Part shown: in pieces, positions 37,701 through 48,856 of the stretch
Numbering within the stretch: the stretch's first letter is position 1
Layout of the letters: each line of letters begins with the position of its first letter
Assembly (NCBI GenBank): GCA_964106645.2
Contig: OZ067050.1
DNA length: 64,000 nucleotides
From: Podarcis pityusensis
Taxonomy: Eukaryota
Direction: 5' to 3' (one strand)
Program-made: the position numbers and the translations under genes
The notes under the pieces: model-generated
Told to the model about the DNA's origin: nothing
What the model saw: only the letters and a program-made list of their open reading frames with translations
The model's database searches: none

Positions 37701-39107
37701 TCTATAGTGAGAACTTTAGGTTGTTGAGCTGGCTTTCTTTTAACAGAATATTGGGGCAGAAGGGTCATATATTTTACCCTCCTTTGTAATTTCTGGCACA
37801 GCTATAGTGCATTCAGTTTCATTTAAGGCCCTGAACCATGCCTGTGCCACCCTAGTGAGCACCTTCACATTTCATCCACATGCAAGAAGGCACATTTTGA
37901 GAAATAGGTTTATGTTTGGCCACTTGGGGTTCTTACTGTGGAATCTTGGGTGTATAAAGGTGAATGCCATCTGTTGAGCTCTAGGTGCGTTGCTGGTGTT
38001 TTCAGTCTACCTCTCCCATGTCTCTGTTAAATCCTGTGTGGTTTGCAGGAATCTGAGGATGAGGATGATGATGATGATGACGACGATGATGACGATGAAG
38101 AGGAAGAGGAGGAGGACGACGACAATGCTGACTCCTCTGAGGAGGGAGGGGATTCCTCTGATTCAAGTAGTGAAGAGGAGAGCGAAGACGGGGATGAGGT
38201 GAGTGTGCTGGTGTCTGTACACTTCTCTATATACACTACCTCTTGCTCACGCCTGTTCTGCAAAACTGATTGTCGGGGCTGCGTGTTTCAGTGACTGCTT
38301 AGCTGTGCTTATTAAGCAGTGGGGGCTATCCCCAACAGCTGGGCTTTTCACATTCAAAAGTGCAGTGCCTCTGAATATAACTAGAAGGCTTTTCCTCTTT
38401 TAAGGTGCAACCCTAACGTCACACACCCCCGGTCCCACCCAAAACATGGTGGATAGCAAGGCTCCCAGGACAGATGGTGAGAGGTAATGAACGCAAGCTA
38501 GCACCTTGCATATGAAGGAACAAAAGCACTAGTCAAGGAGCCACTGTAAATACATATATACATTTTCTGTCAAAGCGATCTAAATTCTGTACCAAGAAAA
38601 CGCTGGATTCTGCAACCTGTATAAATGACACAAGCTGAACAGATCTCTCATTTCGCATAATTTTATTTGACAGCTTCTATTGTCCTGCATCATTCTGGTT
38701 TCTACTAGTTGTGGAGGATGGGGGCAGGTGTGCAAAGCACTGAAAGACCTAGCCACTGGAAAACATGCTCATTTCCCTCCTTGGCTTCTGCGTTTCAGTA
38801 GGTGGGGGCGACAGGTCTTCAAGCATATATCTTTGAAACCATAAGAACAAGGCACTTTTATTCTAAAAATAAATAAATGTTGCCTTTCCCAGTAAACTGA
38901 ATTCTGCACCCCTGCCACATTCTGCAGTCCCTCAGCATCACCTTGGGTACCCACACTAGACATAACTTCATAGCTTGCCTCTTCCCTCACCAGAATGAAG
39001 AAGAGGATGATGAAGAGGACGACGATGACGATGACGACAATGAATCTGAGGGCAGCAGCAGTTCCTCGTCCTCCTCAGGAGATTCTTCTGATTCGGACTC
39101 CAATTGA
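5096..39107 (+). CDS. UBTF: UBTF (UBF1), whole spliced CDS: 20 coding exons, 2286 nt, 761 aa
   Basis: Exon translations match UBF as I recall it, from [35 protein letters not shown] to the acidic/Ser tail ending GDSSDSDSN*. All introns are GT-AG, exon phases join without frameshift, and lengths sum to 2286 nt. Confidence 0.98.
6220..6395 (+). CDS. UBTF: UBTF exon 3 (dimerisation domain)
   Basis: cag|AC...GAG|gtagt; [59 protein letters not shown]. Confidence 0.97.
8745..8828 (+). CDS. UBTF: UBTF exon 4
   Basis: [28 protein letters not shown]; cag| and |gtaagc. Confidence 0.97.
9193..9226. repeat. (AC)n microsatellite
   Basis: Pure AC run. Confidence 0.95.
9548..9935 (-). mobile_element. L2-type LINE 3' fragment
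   Basis: Minus-strand translation ...[11 protein letters not shown]...[17 protein letters not shown]...FRRH resembles the L2 ORF2 C-terminus; (TAAAA)n tail near 9550-9570. Confidence 0.75.
12176..12250 (-). mobile_element. CR1 3'-end fragment
   Basis: catagaatcttagagttggaagggaccc...tagtccaacc is the reverse complement of a CR1 3' terminus; similar fragments at ~56241-56420 and ~57660-57800. Confidence 0.7.
13864..14019 (+). CDS. UBTF: UBTF exon 5 (HMG box 1)
   Basis: [52 protein letters not shown]; GT-AG. Confidence 0.97.
15686..15750 (+). CDS. UBTF: UBTF exon 6
   Basis: [21 protein letters not shown](R); tag| and |gtaaga. Confidence 0.96.
16193..16313 (+). CDS. UBTF: UBTF exon 7 (start of HMG box 2, contains E210)
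   Basis: [40 protein letters not shown]; |gtaagt. Confidence 0.96.
16702..16731. repeat. (AAT)n microsatellite
   Basis: About 10 AAT units. Confidence 0.95.
16817..16930. mobile_element. Short palindromic squamate MITE (ggactacagctcccatca...tgatgggagctgtagtcc)
   Basis: Internal inverted repeat. Related copies at ~9010-9100, ~29700-29820, ~41960-42080, ~46580-46710, ~56505-56630 and ~58630-58760. Confidence 0.7.
17799..17909 (+). CDS. UBTF: UBTF exon 8 (111 nt / 37 aa; the UBF1/UBF2 cassette exon in mammals)
   Basis: [37 protein letters not shown]; phase 0-0. Confidence 0.96.
18202..18335 (+). CDS. UBTF: UBTF exon 9
   Basis: [44 protein letters not shown](P); |gtaagt. Confidence 0.96.
19400..19641. 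mobile_element. Tc1/mariner (Tigger-like) MITE
   Basis: TA|CAGTGGTACCTCGGGTTA ... TAACCAGAGGTATTATTG|TA: decayed TIRs with TA target duplication. Confidence 0.8.
21307..21448 (+). CDS. UBTF: UBTF exon 10 (HMG box 3)
   Basis: [47 protein letters not shown]; |gtgagc. Confidence 0.97.
23960..25720 (-). mobile_element. Old, degenerate L2-type LINE (ORF2 remnant plus 3' UTR)
   Basis: Minus-strand remnant ...[12 protein letters not shown]...RAFHQL...[23 protein letters not shown] resembles the L2 motif LVTSRLDYCNxLxxGL; multiple frameshifts; boundaries approximate. Confidence 0.65.
24020..24045 (+). pseudogene. RNU6: 3'-truncated (tailless) U6 snRNA retropseudogene
   Basis: GTGCTCGCTTCGGCAGCACATATACT(AAA) matches the first ~29 nt of vertebrate U6; flanked by a 16-bp direct repeat AAACAAGAATATAGTA (24004-24019, 24046-24061). 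Confidence 0.93.
27273..27314 (+). CDS. UBTF: UBTF exon 11
   Basis: [14 protein letters not shown]; tag| and |gtgagt. Confidence 0.95.
28407..28520 (+). CDS. UBTF: UBTF exon 12
   Basis: [38 protein letters not shown]; |gtgagt. Confidence 0.96.
29398..29553 (+). CDS. UBTF: UBTF exon 13 (HMG box 4)
   Basis: [52 protein letters not shown]. Confidence 0.97.
31947..32102 (+). CDS. UBTF: UBTF exon 14
   Basis: [52 protein letters not shown]. Confidence 0.97.
32738..32848 (+). CDS. UBTF: UBTF exon 15 (HMG box 5)
   Basis: [37 protein letters not shown]. Confidence 0.97.
33674..33762 (+). CDS. UBTF: UBTF exon 16
   Basis: [29 protein letters not shown](M); |gtgagt. Confidence 0.96.
34274..34452. 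repeat. Perfect 88-bp direct repeat (period 91) in intron 16
   Basis: agaaggaaccaccacaagcc...gagctgcattccac at 34274-34361 and 34365-34452. Confidence 0.95.
34732..34921 (+). CDS. UBTF: UBTF exon 17 (HMG box 6)
   Basis: [63 protein letters not shown]. Confidence 0.97.
35553..35600 (+). CDS. UBTF: UBTF exon 18
   Basis: [16 protein letters not shown]; |gtaggt. Confidence 0.95.
36300..36707 (+). mobile_element. L2-type 3' fragment ending in a 28-bp tandem duplication
   Basis: gtggcagcaccaacactttggaactccctgc...ctgctaaaaacatttttg (reads ...[10 protein letters not shown]...); tataaattttatgaaaataaataaatgt occurs twice at 36651-36707. Confidence 0.6.
36760..36828 (+). CDS. UBTF: UBTF exon 19
   Basis: [23 protein letters not shown]; cag| and |gtaagt. 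Confidence 0.93.
37156..37268. mobile_element. Small MITE-like element with 16-bp perfect inverted repeats
   Basis: GGGTTGCCATACGTCC (37156-37171) ... GGACGTATGGCAACCC (37253-37268). Confidence 0.7.
38049..38198 (+). CDS. UBTF: UBTF exon 20 (acidic tail)
   Basis: [50 protein letters not shown]; |gtgagt. Confidence 0.96.
38994..39107 (+). CDS. UBTF: UBTF exon 21, last coding part with stop
   Basis: [40 protein letters not shown]. Confidence 0.97.
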   Translation, partial: NEEEDDEEDDDDDDDNESEGSSSSSSSSGDSSDSDSN

Positions 39108-42100
39108 ACCATCCCCTTTCTCCAGCCGCCTTTCTTGCTGTACTCTATTCGGTTTTGTTTTTCCGGATAAAAGTAACATCTACAGCTGGAGAGCTAGGAT
39201 GGGGAGGAAAGGGAGGAAGGAAATCACTGTGGTTTAATTATCTTCCTCTCCTCGCACACCTCACATTGTATTTAACTGTGTGTGGTTGTGTGTGAGGGGA
39301 GCAGGGGGGTAGAAAATAGCTGACAACCAGAGGAGGGTTTTTTTTGTGGCGGTGGTGTGGGGAGAGAATTTTTATTCTATACTCCTCTCTCTTATTCCTC
39401 CCCCCCTTCTGAATCTCTCTGGGGGTCCCCCCCTTTTTGTTGAGGTGGGCAGGGTCCTGGCAAAATACAGGCCCCTTTTTATTTCCTCCCCCCTCACATA
39501 TCTAACCCCCCCCCGCCCACCCCCAATTCTATCCACCAGCTTTGGACTTTGTACAAATTCTTTTTTAAAAAAACAAAAAAACCAACATGGCAATGAGAGA
39601 TTTCCCCACCCCCTTAGCAAACAGCCAGGGAGAGATGGGTTCCAGAGAGCACGAGCCATGGAAGGTTCTGGACTTTGCCAGTGTGACCCACCTCTCCTCA
39701 AAGTGGACAATCTTGTACAGTCTTGAAATTTTACACCTTGACGAAAGAGAACAAAATGGCCACAGCTGCACGTAGTTATTTCCTGTGATGAACTGGATAT
39801 CCAGCAAACGTTTCCTGCTGAAGGAAACGGGATGGGAGGGTCTATTTCACGTGAGTGCATGGCAAGGGTCAGGGAATAGAAAAGGAACTGAAGAAAAGGA
39901 TTTCTTTTGCAGAGAGAATATCTGACTGGTATGCTGTCGCAGGAGAAGACAATTTTGGGAGCTCCAAGGTTACTGACTTTATTTTGCAGGAGGTGGACTT
40001 TTTCTGTCATTTTTCTGACCAGCATTTAAACAAAGACAGTAGTGGCCAGACCCCTTTGGGTTGTTGTTGTTGTTAATATATATATTTTTTTTTACAATGA
40101 AGTGACCAATAATTGTACCAAAATGGGGCATTTTGTTTGACTGTCTTTGGAAGCGGGAGGTTGGTTGTGGGTGGGATCCTCTGTGTCATTAAGCTTTTTT
40201 TTTTCAAAAAAAAAACCACAAAAAAATGTTTTATAAACAAAGTGAGACAACCATCTTTTTTACAACTGAATTATCCCATCTTTGAGATTGAGTACGTCAT
40301 ATGTCTCTTACCCTTATGCAGAGGCTGGGATCTTGGGAGTGGATGGCGTTTGTATATAAGAGGCACATAGATTCCCCTGGCCCCCCAGCATGCCTTGGTT
40401 TTATTCAGGCTGCATGTGTTCATTCAACTTTGGGCAGAGGAATGATGCCAAGAAGAGAAGAGAATGATTCCAGCCACCAAGAAGTGTATTTGTTAGCCTC
40501 TTCTGTGGGGAATAGAAAGGAAAGGAAACTCCAGTACCAACTTTATGTTTGCCCTGTAAATGATATCAGAGCTAGTAGACATGCTGTTTGGGGGGTCAGG
40601 TGGTGGTGGTTGTAAAAAAAAAGAAAAAGCAGCAACCACACCTCCTTTTCCCTTGTAAGATGCCCGATCATACAAAACATCACCATGCCACAAATTCCCC
40701 TACCCATTCTCCCAGGAGTAACTAAAGGGGCAGGGAAATTTGCAGCTTGGTGATTTCAAGAAACACTTTGTATGACTAGACATTACTGGGCAAAAGGAAG
40801 GGCCAGAACTACATGGCTGCTGCTTCCAAGGGAATGTGTCTCCTGTAATGTTTAGTTCCAGCCTGAAAAAAGAGCAAGAAAGTATTACCTTGTTTGGATG
40901 TAAAACTAAGATGTGTGTTAGCTCTACTTGAGCAAGCCTTGGACGTGTAAGCTTTCCCCTTGCTGTGAAGAGATCAGAAACATTTGTTTCCTTATTTAAT
41001 TAACCATGGTTACTTCTTGTGTCCAAATGTGGACAAACTGGTTTAACTTTGCTTTACGGAAACAAGCCACAATTGGAAATCATGGTCTGTGATCCTGGCT
41101 TGTTTCCCTAAGCCATAGTTAAGATTTGCCATAATATTAAACCATGGTTTATTGCAAACAGAGAAGAGAGTTTCTAATCTCACAGTGGAAGAAAGAGGAA
41201 GGGGGCGAATGCATGAGCCTGAGACTTGTTCGCATAATGTTGATACACAGTTTAGCATAATGTCCAAACTAGATCACTACAAATTAAATTGGCATTGGTG
41301 ATTTTCTCAGAAAAACAAGCTGGTATGTTGCATCTTGCTATCTAATTGGACAGGTGGTATTTAGGCAAGGCTCCTTTTGCTTCTTCCCATCTGTGTTCCC
41401 TGTCCTTCTGTTTCTTTAATATTTTACATGCAAAACATAATTTAGTTTATGAGAGCATGCATCCCTGACTAGCCTTTATTTTTACATTCTTTGGACGATT
41501 ACCTGCTCTAATAATATGACAAGGAATTTCTCATTGTTAAGGCCAGATCGTGCGACTAATTTGGCCTGCAAGCTGGTTCTGTACTATATCTTGGCTCTTC
41601 AGTGCCCTTCATAGCACGCTGTGTCTTCTGTTGACAAGCAAAATGAGAATTTTGCAAAACAAACTTCAAATGCATTGTAGTTTACAGAATTCATTGTTTC
41701 CCCTTGAAATATGCTTTGGATTTTTATTTTTAAGCATACCCACCAGAAAAAGTACACACACACCCTTTTTATCCCTCCCCCCTTGTGGAAATTGAACACG
41801 TGGCTTGTGCTTTGCTGATCTCTTTTGGGTAAGTCTGGAAACCTCATAAAGGAAACACGGTCTTCTAAAGAAAGACTTGGCTTCTAGCACTGCAGATACT
41901 CCCCTGGAGGGAAGCTGGACCATTTGAGAATGCAGTCGAGAGAGGGAGTTACAAAGGGCACTGAAGACCCTTCCAGATGCTGGACCACAGCTCTCATCAT
42001 CCCTGATCGTTGGCCACGCTGGCTGGGGTTGATGGGAGTTGGAATCCAGCTACATCGGGAAAGCCACAGGTTAGTCAAATCCAATTTACAGGATAAAAAA

Positions 42101-45100
42101 ACTTAACAGCAGTATTTCCCATTTAGTCTGCTTTTCTCTATTAGTTCACTGTCTCTTGCAATGTCTTGCTGTGCCAAATGTATTCCTTCTCTTTGAGCAT
42201 CTTGGCCCCACAGTTGCCCTTTGGAAGTGTGCTGTACCTCCGTTCCATCACTGGGAAGAGTCCAGTTGCTAAATAATCTTATTTTGAACCAGCAACTCAA
42301 ATAAATACAAAAGTCTCCCACTATTGCAAAATGCCTTGGGAGGACCTACGGGTTTCAAGCATTGGAACTTTCCCTACCTTTGCTAGCATTTCTATGTGTT
42401 TTTTTTTTTAAAAAACACCCACGTCATCTTGGGTAGCAAACTGTCAAAACTAGCCACAGGATTGATACTAAACTTACATACACCTGATTACAGGCACCAC
42501 TGGAACCTGTGTAAACCTGGCTCCATTGAAATCTTGAGTGGCTCTTGGTGGCCGTATGAATTTAGGAAAGAGTATTTTGCATTGTGGGAATGACTTGACT
42601 GAATAACATGCAAATGTTCCCATAACATACCTTGAGAAGTGCAGTTTTCCACTGTACTTTCATTGGGATGAACAACTTACTTCCATGAGCATTAACATAT
42701 TGCAAAGCACATCAGTCTTGTTTATGAAGAGAAGTGCACCGTCACGTATGGGAGTGTGTTTTTGTGTGTATGCAGTTGTTGTGGGAATAGTTCAGACAAG
42801 TCAAGATTTTCCTCTGTCTTTTTTGTTTGTTTGTTTATGTTTTTGGTACATATTGGTCTGGGTTGCTTTGGGCTGAACTCTTGGAGGCAAAGCAACAGAA
42901 GTATGTTGTCTTTGGACAAGCGGTCAATCTCAATAGCCCTTTGGCTTTTCTGGCTTGGTATAAAATACCAGTAACACATCCAAGCAGGGATTTACTGAAT
43001 AACACCAGATCATTTAGAGCGAAAGCTTTTCAGGGAAAAAGAAACTTACCTGAGAACATAGGAAATCAATTAATGTACAGTGCACATGAAAATGGGTATT
43101 TTTTTTGCCCTTGAATAGTACTCAAATGGTTATTAGTTTTTTGTGGATTCAGTACACTTGAAAAACCTCCAAAGATCTTGCAGACTTGAAAATATATTAT
43201 TAAGTACATGTAATCAAAACTAAAACTGTTGAAGTTGATAGAAATGCCACTCAGGAAGAAACACTAAATGATGTAGGGTGTAATCCACCCCTTTTGGGTG
43301 GGGCAGGGGTTTGGATTGGTAGGTGGAAGTGCTGCCACTGAAAAGGGACATTCCAAGGGAGGGGCTAAGTCGGCCACACTGCCATCAGTGGATAGCACTG
43401 GGTCTGATGCTGGTCCAGCTTGGCATAGCATTTTGCTGCCACTGGCTTCGACCCCAGCCCATGTGTCTGGTAGGACTGCTAATGTGATGGCGGCCCTGCT
43501 GCTCTCTTAAGCCCTGCGAGGCAGTAACTCAGGTTTGAATGTCTTCCTAAAGCTAAACAACAGTGGAGCTGTATGACGATGATAAATAACCATTTACAAG
43601 AAGTACAAGAAAAGAGTGGCAACATGTAAAATCGTAAATAATCCGTTCAGCGTTTGCTTTTTAAGTCTGTATGATCACCAACACGTTCTCATTCCTGAAG
43701 TTCTTCGGGTTATTCTATAAATCCTTGCCTGCAACCTGTCACTGACCTTGAACTGGTGTATAAAAGATAAGTATTACATTTAAAAATGCTTACTATGTAG
43801 GGGTTTACTTGACCCAACATCTCATTTACATGGCTCTTCACCCATGTGCTGGTCCCTTGATATGCACAATTCCCACGCCAGTAATCTTTGATCAAGAGGG
43901 AAGCCTCACTGCCATGCAAATGAAGAGGCTATCACATGGGTTAAGAGCTTTTTCAAGCAAGGCACCAAACTACAGGGAGCCCAGCAAGTGGGTAAGTACT
44001 GTCTCCAGATTGTGTGGTTGGGTGTAATCTTCCTTTAGAAACAATAGGTGTTCCTCAAAGCTAGAAGTTGTTTTCGGTTGTCGTCATTGTACCTCATTCT
44101 GCAAGAGAATCCTGACGTGGGGGGGGGGGGTTAGACTTGTGAAGAAGTGTGGCAAGTTGTGTATGTTTCAGGTAACACCTTGTTGCCTCCTCCTTGCCCT
44201 CTGCCCGTTGGGTGCTAAGTTTTTCTCATTACGTGAACTGCATGGAAGCTGCCAATAAATGGTTTTGCACAGGGAGGGCCCATACAGAACCATGCTAAGG
44301 GGGCATCATGGCTATGGATCCCCAAATCATGTGGAGTTTTTACATGTAATTGCCTCACCTTCCTTGAAGGCAGTGGAAGCTGAAACTCCATCCCTTTTAA
44401 GTGAGCCTTTGGTAAGTGTATTTTAATCAGTTAACACCTCTTCTGTTGAGTTATTTCTTAGTGAACTTGTGGCTGGTATAATGTGTACTCTGATTCACAC
44501 ATGCGCACATCTTTTGTGGAGGTAGGCGAGAACCAAAACCTAAACATTTTTGGACTCCCTTTTTATATAATTTTCAAGCCTTTCCCAATTTTGTCTCTGC
44601 TGGGTAGGGAAAACCTTGTCACCTCATAAGATGTTTGTCAGAAATTTGCCAGAAATGAGATGACCCAATGAAAATCTAGGATGCATCCATTTATGTACTT
44701 TTCTCACCTCAAGGAAGTTGGTTATCATTTGTGGAATGGAGGCTTTTGTTCTGATGCAGCAAATGTGGCCACACGTAGAAGTAAATTACGCAAAATATCA
44801 GCGGCAGGGGGAGAAGGATTGCATACAGTAACCAGGCAGTGTATGCAACACTTTCTGTTGTTCTAATGGAGCCTTCCCTACCTTGGTGCCTTCTCCAAAG
44901 GCCTGGCAAACTGGGACTGACTTGAGGGCATCAGGTTCAGGAAGTCTCTTAACAGATCCTACCCACTAGAAACCTGAAAAAAACACTTCAGCCATTGCCA
45001 CATCAAGCTAGATTTCTCCACATTAACTTTGCTTTTCATTGCCATGTCTGAATTCTGATAGGATGTGCCCAGTCATGCACATTTGCCACACATCAACCCC

Positions 45101-45694
45101 TCTGATGCTCCTGAACTCTCTTATTTCTGATTCCGTCAGTCAATCTTCCTTCCCCCTTTTCTCTCTCTCCTCTCTCTCATCCTTCTAAAGTGAAACACCT
45201 GGTTTGATTTTGCTGAATGTACCAGCTCTGTTGTATTTTAGTAGATGTGTTTTTTAAGTAAAAAAAAAAAACCTTAAAAAAACCTTGTTCTTTAAAGTAA
45301 ATTTCTTACAGTACTGATGTCTTTTTAAAAAAGAAAAAAAAATGTTACCAGGGGTTAGGGGGGGAGACAGATTGTACTGTAAGAAGGTGGGACTGAGTGC
45401 ATTTTTGCACTGTTGACAAAATGTGATATTCCAGATAGAAGTTCTTGTGAAAAAGGAATCATTTTTTTCTAATATTTAAAGTGTTTTTGTAGATTTAAAA
45501 AAACTTTAAAATGCCAAAAAATATTAAAATGTACTGGATTTCGGTTTCTATTACTAAATGGGACTTGGCAAGCTCAGGATGCTTTTGGTTTCCTTAGAGG
45601 TTTTTGCTATTTGCACCAACATGGCAAGAACTTCAGCCTCAAGTCTAAATAGACTTAAAACTGTGGATCTCCCTCCCCTCCTTTTTTTTTCCTT

Positions 45695-45735
45695 TTGTAT
45701 AATAAAGAGCAAAAACAAAGCCTTTGTTCTCATGT
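45695..45735 (+). terminator. Candidate distal polyadenylation signal of UBTF
   Basis: TGTA immediately upstream of AATAAA (45701-45706), with T/GT-rich sequence downstream, at the end of an AT-rich UTR-like block (45200-45720). Confidence 0.5.
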
Positions 45736-47047
45736 CATTACTTGGAACATTAAAAAGAACTTGCAGGGAAAAGAGGATTTGAGGCTGTTTATATGGGTTG
45801 CTCTGTTCAAGTTGACCATATCTTTCATTTCTGGTGGATATACTAATTGCTATTACTATTTTGCACTTTTTTGTGGTCCAGTAGAGCTGTGGACCTGGAT
45901 ATTGCCTTCCTCAAATGCAATCTGTTGCATCTCTGAAATACTGTACCTGAAATTAGAACTTCAGACTAATCCAGGCAGCAAGGCAACATTTGTATCAACG
46001 CTTCTAAGGCACTCGGAGGCAATAAACTAAAGATATATCCCTCACAACACACTGAAATAGGTTAGGCTAAGAGACGGAGGGTGTGACTTGCCCAAGGCCA
46101 TGAAGTGAGCTTTATGGTTGTATGAATATTTAAACCCAGACTGCAATTGTACACACACTTGATTTGGGGAGTAAATTCAGTGGCACCTACTTCTCAGTAA
46201 GCAAGGCTACCCAGTTAATGTACTGGCCACTATTTTTTTTCTTTGCAAAAGGTACTTGAGCGCAAGGCAGGTAAGTAGGCCTAAAGCCTGTTCTGAGAAA
46301 GATGGGCTAGACAATTTGAAATGAAATCCAGGCAAGTAGCTCTCTGGACTATGGCCCAAGTCACTTTAAAGGCTCATCCACTCTTAGAAATAATCACTGA
46401 ATGTACATTATCTGAATGTTACAGCCTACTAGGGCCTTCAGTTTCCTTCTTTGCCTGAAACATTCCTACAGTTATTTTAACAGTTACTGCAGAGGTGGAG
46501 AACCTGTGGCCCACCAGATGATATTGGACTCCCATCAGCCTCAATTTCAAGGTCCACTGCCCCCTTATACTCTATAGCTGTGTTTCCCAAATTTGGGTAT
46601 CTGTTTTGAACTACAATTCCTATCATCCCTGACCACTGGTCCTGCTAGCTAGGGATGGTGGGAGTTGTAGTCCCAAAACAGCCAGAGACACAAGTTTTGG
46701 AAACGCTGCTCTACACTACTTTCATTAACAGCAAATGGCTCTTTCATTCTTCATGCCTCTTTCAGTGTGACCAGATGCCAGAGTTCTCCCTTTATGATAA
46801 CTGGAAACCAAAGTGTGCCGTGAATGGGTGTGTGAAAGAAAATGGAACTGGGAGAGAACAGATACCTAGGATGGCAGCCATTTTGAGATCAGCTGTGGAA
46901 ATAATGGCAGTCTTAAAAGAGGTTTGTTCACTGCTTGGCTCCTGTGGCATCAATTTTATAATCATATTGGATTCAAAGCAATGTTTGCATAACTTAAATG
47001 CCGCAGCTTCTCCAAACTGTGGACTCAGGCAAAAGAAGCAGCTAGGA

Positions 47048-47467
47048 CATGGGTAGGCAAACAGGCCGGGGGCTGGATCTGGCCCAATCACCTAAATCCA
47101 GCCCACGGACGGTCCAGGAATCTGTGTGTTTTTACATGAGTAGAATGTGTGCTTTTATTTAAAATGCATCTCTGGGTTATTTGTGGGGCACAGAGGTGTA
47201 GGAAGGGGGGTGGAGGGGGTGGACCGCCCCAAGTGCCACTCTGGGAGGGGTGACAAGATGGCCCCTGCCCCCCCCCCAGGCTGTAGAGCGGCCGAGGGTG
47301 TGCGCAGTCCATATGGGCACTGCTCGCGCGGCGTCCGTACAGGAGGGTCCCTCTGCCACTGGTGGGGCATAGGAATTCATTTTTCCCCCTTCAAAATATA
47401 GTCAGCCCCCCACAAGGTCTGAGGAACAGTGCACTGGCCCCCTGCTGAAAAAGTTTGCTGACCCCTG
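47048..47467. mobile_element. hAT (Charlie-like) non-autonomous transposon
   Basis: TIRs catgggtaggcaaac / gtttgctgacccctg; perfect 8-bp TSD AGCTAGGA (47040-47047, 47468-47475). Confidence 0.88.
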
Positions 47468-48072
47468 AGCTAGGAGAACTATAGCTTCCAGAGCAATCAC
47501 ACTGAGGAGCAGGGGCTATTGCTGATGCAGGAAAATTGGGAGCAGAGCAGTGGAGAATCTTGGTGTCTCAACTTTCATTGGCACGCTGTTCGACACCAAA
47601 ATACAGCCCCCCCCCCACTGCTGACCATTGGACTCCATGGTTACGGCACCTGCTGCGGCACCCCAGAAGCTCCACACCCAGTGCCACCAAACAAGTCACG
47701 CTCTCCTAGAGCCACCTTTGAGCAGAGCCACTTTTAAAACATACGAAGAGTCTTGTTGCATGAGACCAAAGGCCTGCAAAGTCCACCCCTCCGTTTCCCA
47801 AAGTGACCAACCAGATGCCTACAGGAGAATTACAAGCAGGGAATGAGGGCAATAGCCCCCTCCCCATGTTCCCTTTCATCACCACATCTTGTGGAAGCAA
47901 ATTTCAAAGTTTTAATTATGTGGTGTGTGAAGATGTGTTCCCTTGTGCCTATCCTGATTCTTCCACTGTACAGCATAAACTTATATACCTCTTTTATGGT
48001 CCGTCCCCCTTATTTGCCTTCTTTTCCAGACTAGTTAGCTCCAAACATTGTAAGGTCTCCTTAGAATCATAG

Positions 48073-48856
48073 TGTCAGGGCTGCCTCAAGTCTCAGCTCA
48101 CAAAAGACCAACACCTATCTCTTCTTATATACAAAAGTGTTTATTGCAGTTCATTGTTTGCTTCACATCCGAGGCGCGCAGCCCTACGTCTGTTACGCTT
48201 AGACCGCTGAAGTCCCCTCTGAATCAGTCCCTCCCCTGCACCAGTTTAAGAGGCTTGCGCTGCTCCACCTCTTTCTCTCTCTCCTTTTCCGCAGGGTCTT
48301 CCTGCCCGCTGGGGTTTCGCCCCTCCTGGATTCCTCTGACGCGGAATCCCCAGACTGCTCTTGCCCCCTCCTGCGGGCTTTGGGACCTGGCCCCTCCTCC
48401 GGGCTCCCTGTACTTCCGCGCGCCTCTACATTTGAACTTGGCGCGCGCGCCCAACCTCTAACCTTCCTTTTAACAGCTACACTACTCCCTTCACTACTCC
48501 CCTCCCCTTCCGGGAGGGTGGCTTGCTCCGACCTCCCTCCCTTCTCTGCTGCCGGAGCTGCTTCCCCTGATACACTGAAACCTCCACCCCCTTCGCTGCA
48601 CTCTGGCGGGGAGGCTGGTCCTGACGCCCAGCTGCCACTTTGGGATCCCCCGCTGGCCCCCTGCTCCTGACACGTCCCCCCTGGGGCTCCCCTGGCCTTG
48701 ACCACCGGCGCCCCCTTCTGGGAATCCTCTGATTCGCTGGAAAGACTCATGGAATCTCTTGAGTCATTGTCATCCTCTTCCTCGCTGTCCTGGGATTCAT
48801 CCCCATCGCTCTCCATCTCCTGCCTACCCTGTGCCTCTGTCCCTGAACCCCTGACA
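48073..48856 (-). mobile_element. Solo LTR (784 bp, Gypsy/ERV-like)
   Basis: Ends TGTCAGGG...CCCTGACA; 5-bp TSD CATAG (48068-48072, 48857-48861); minus-strand AATAAA at 48140-48145. Confidence 0.85.

Noticed and set aside
38027-38263. Minus-strand poly-Ser ORF
   Set aside because: Antisense shadow of the Asp/Glu codons of exon 20.
39372-40025. 217-aa minus-strand ORF over the UBTF 3' UTR
   Set aside because: No recognisable homology and it crosses homopolymer runs; most likely chance.
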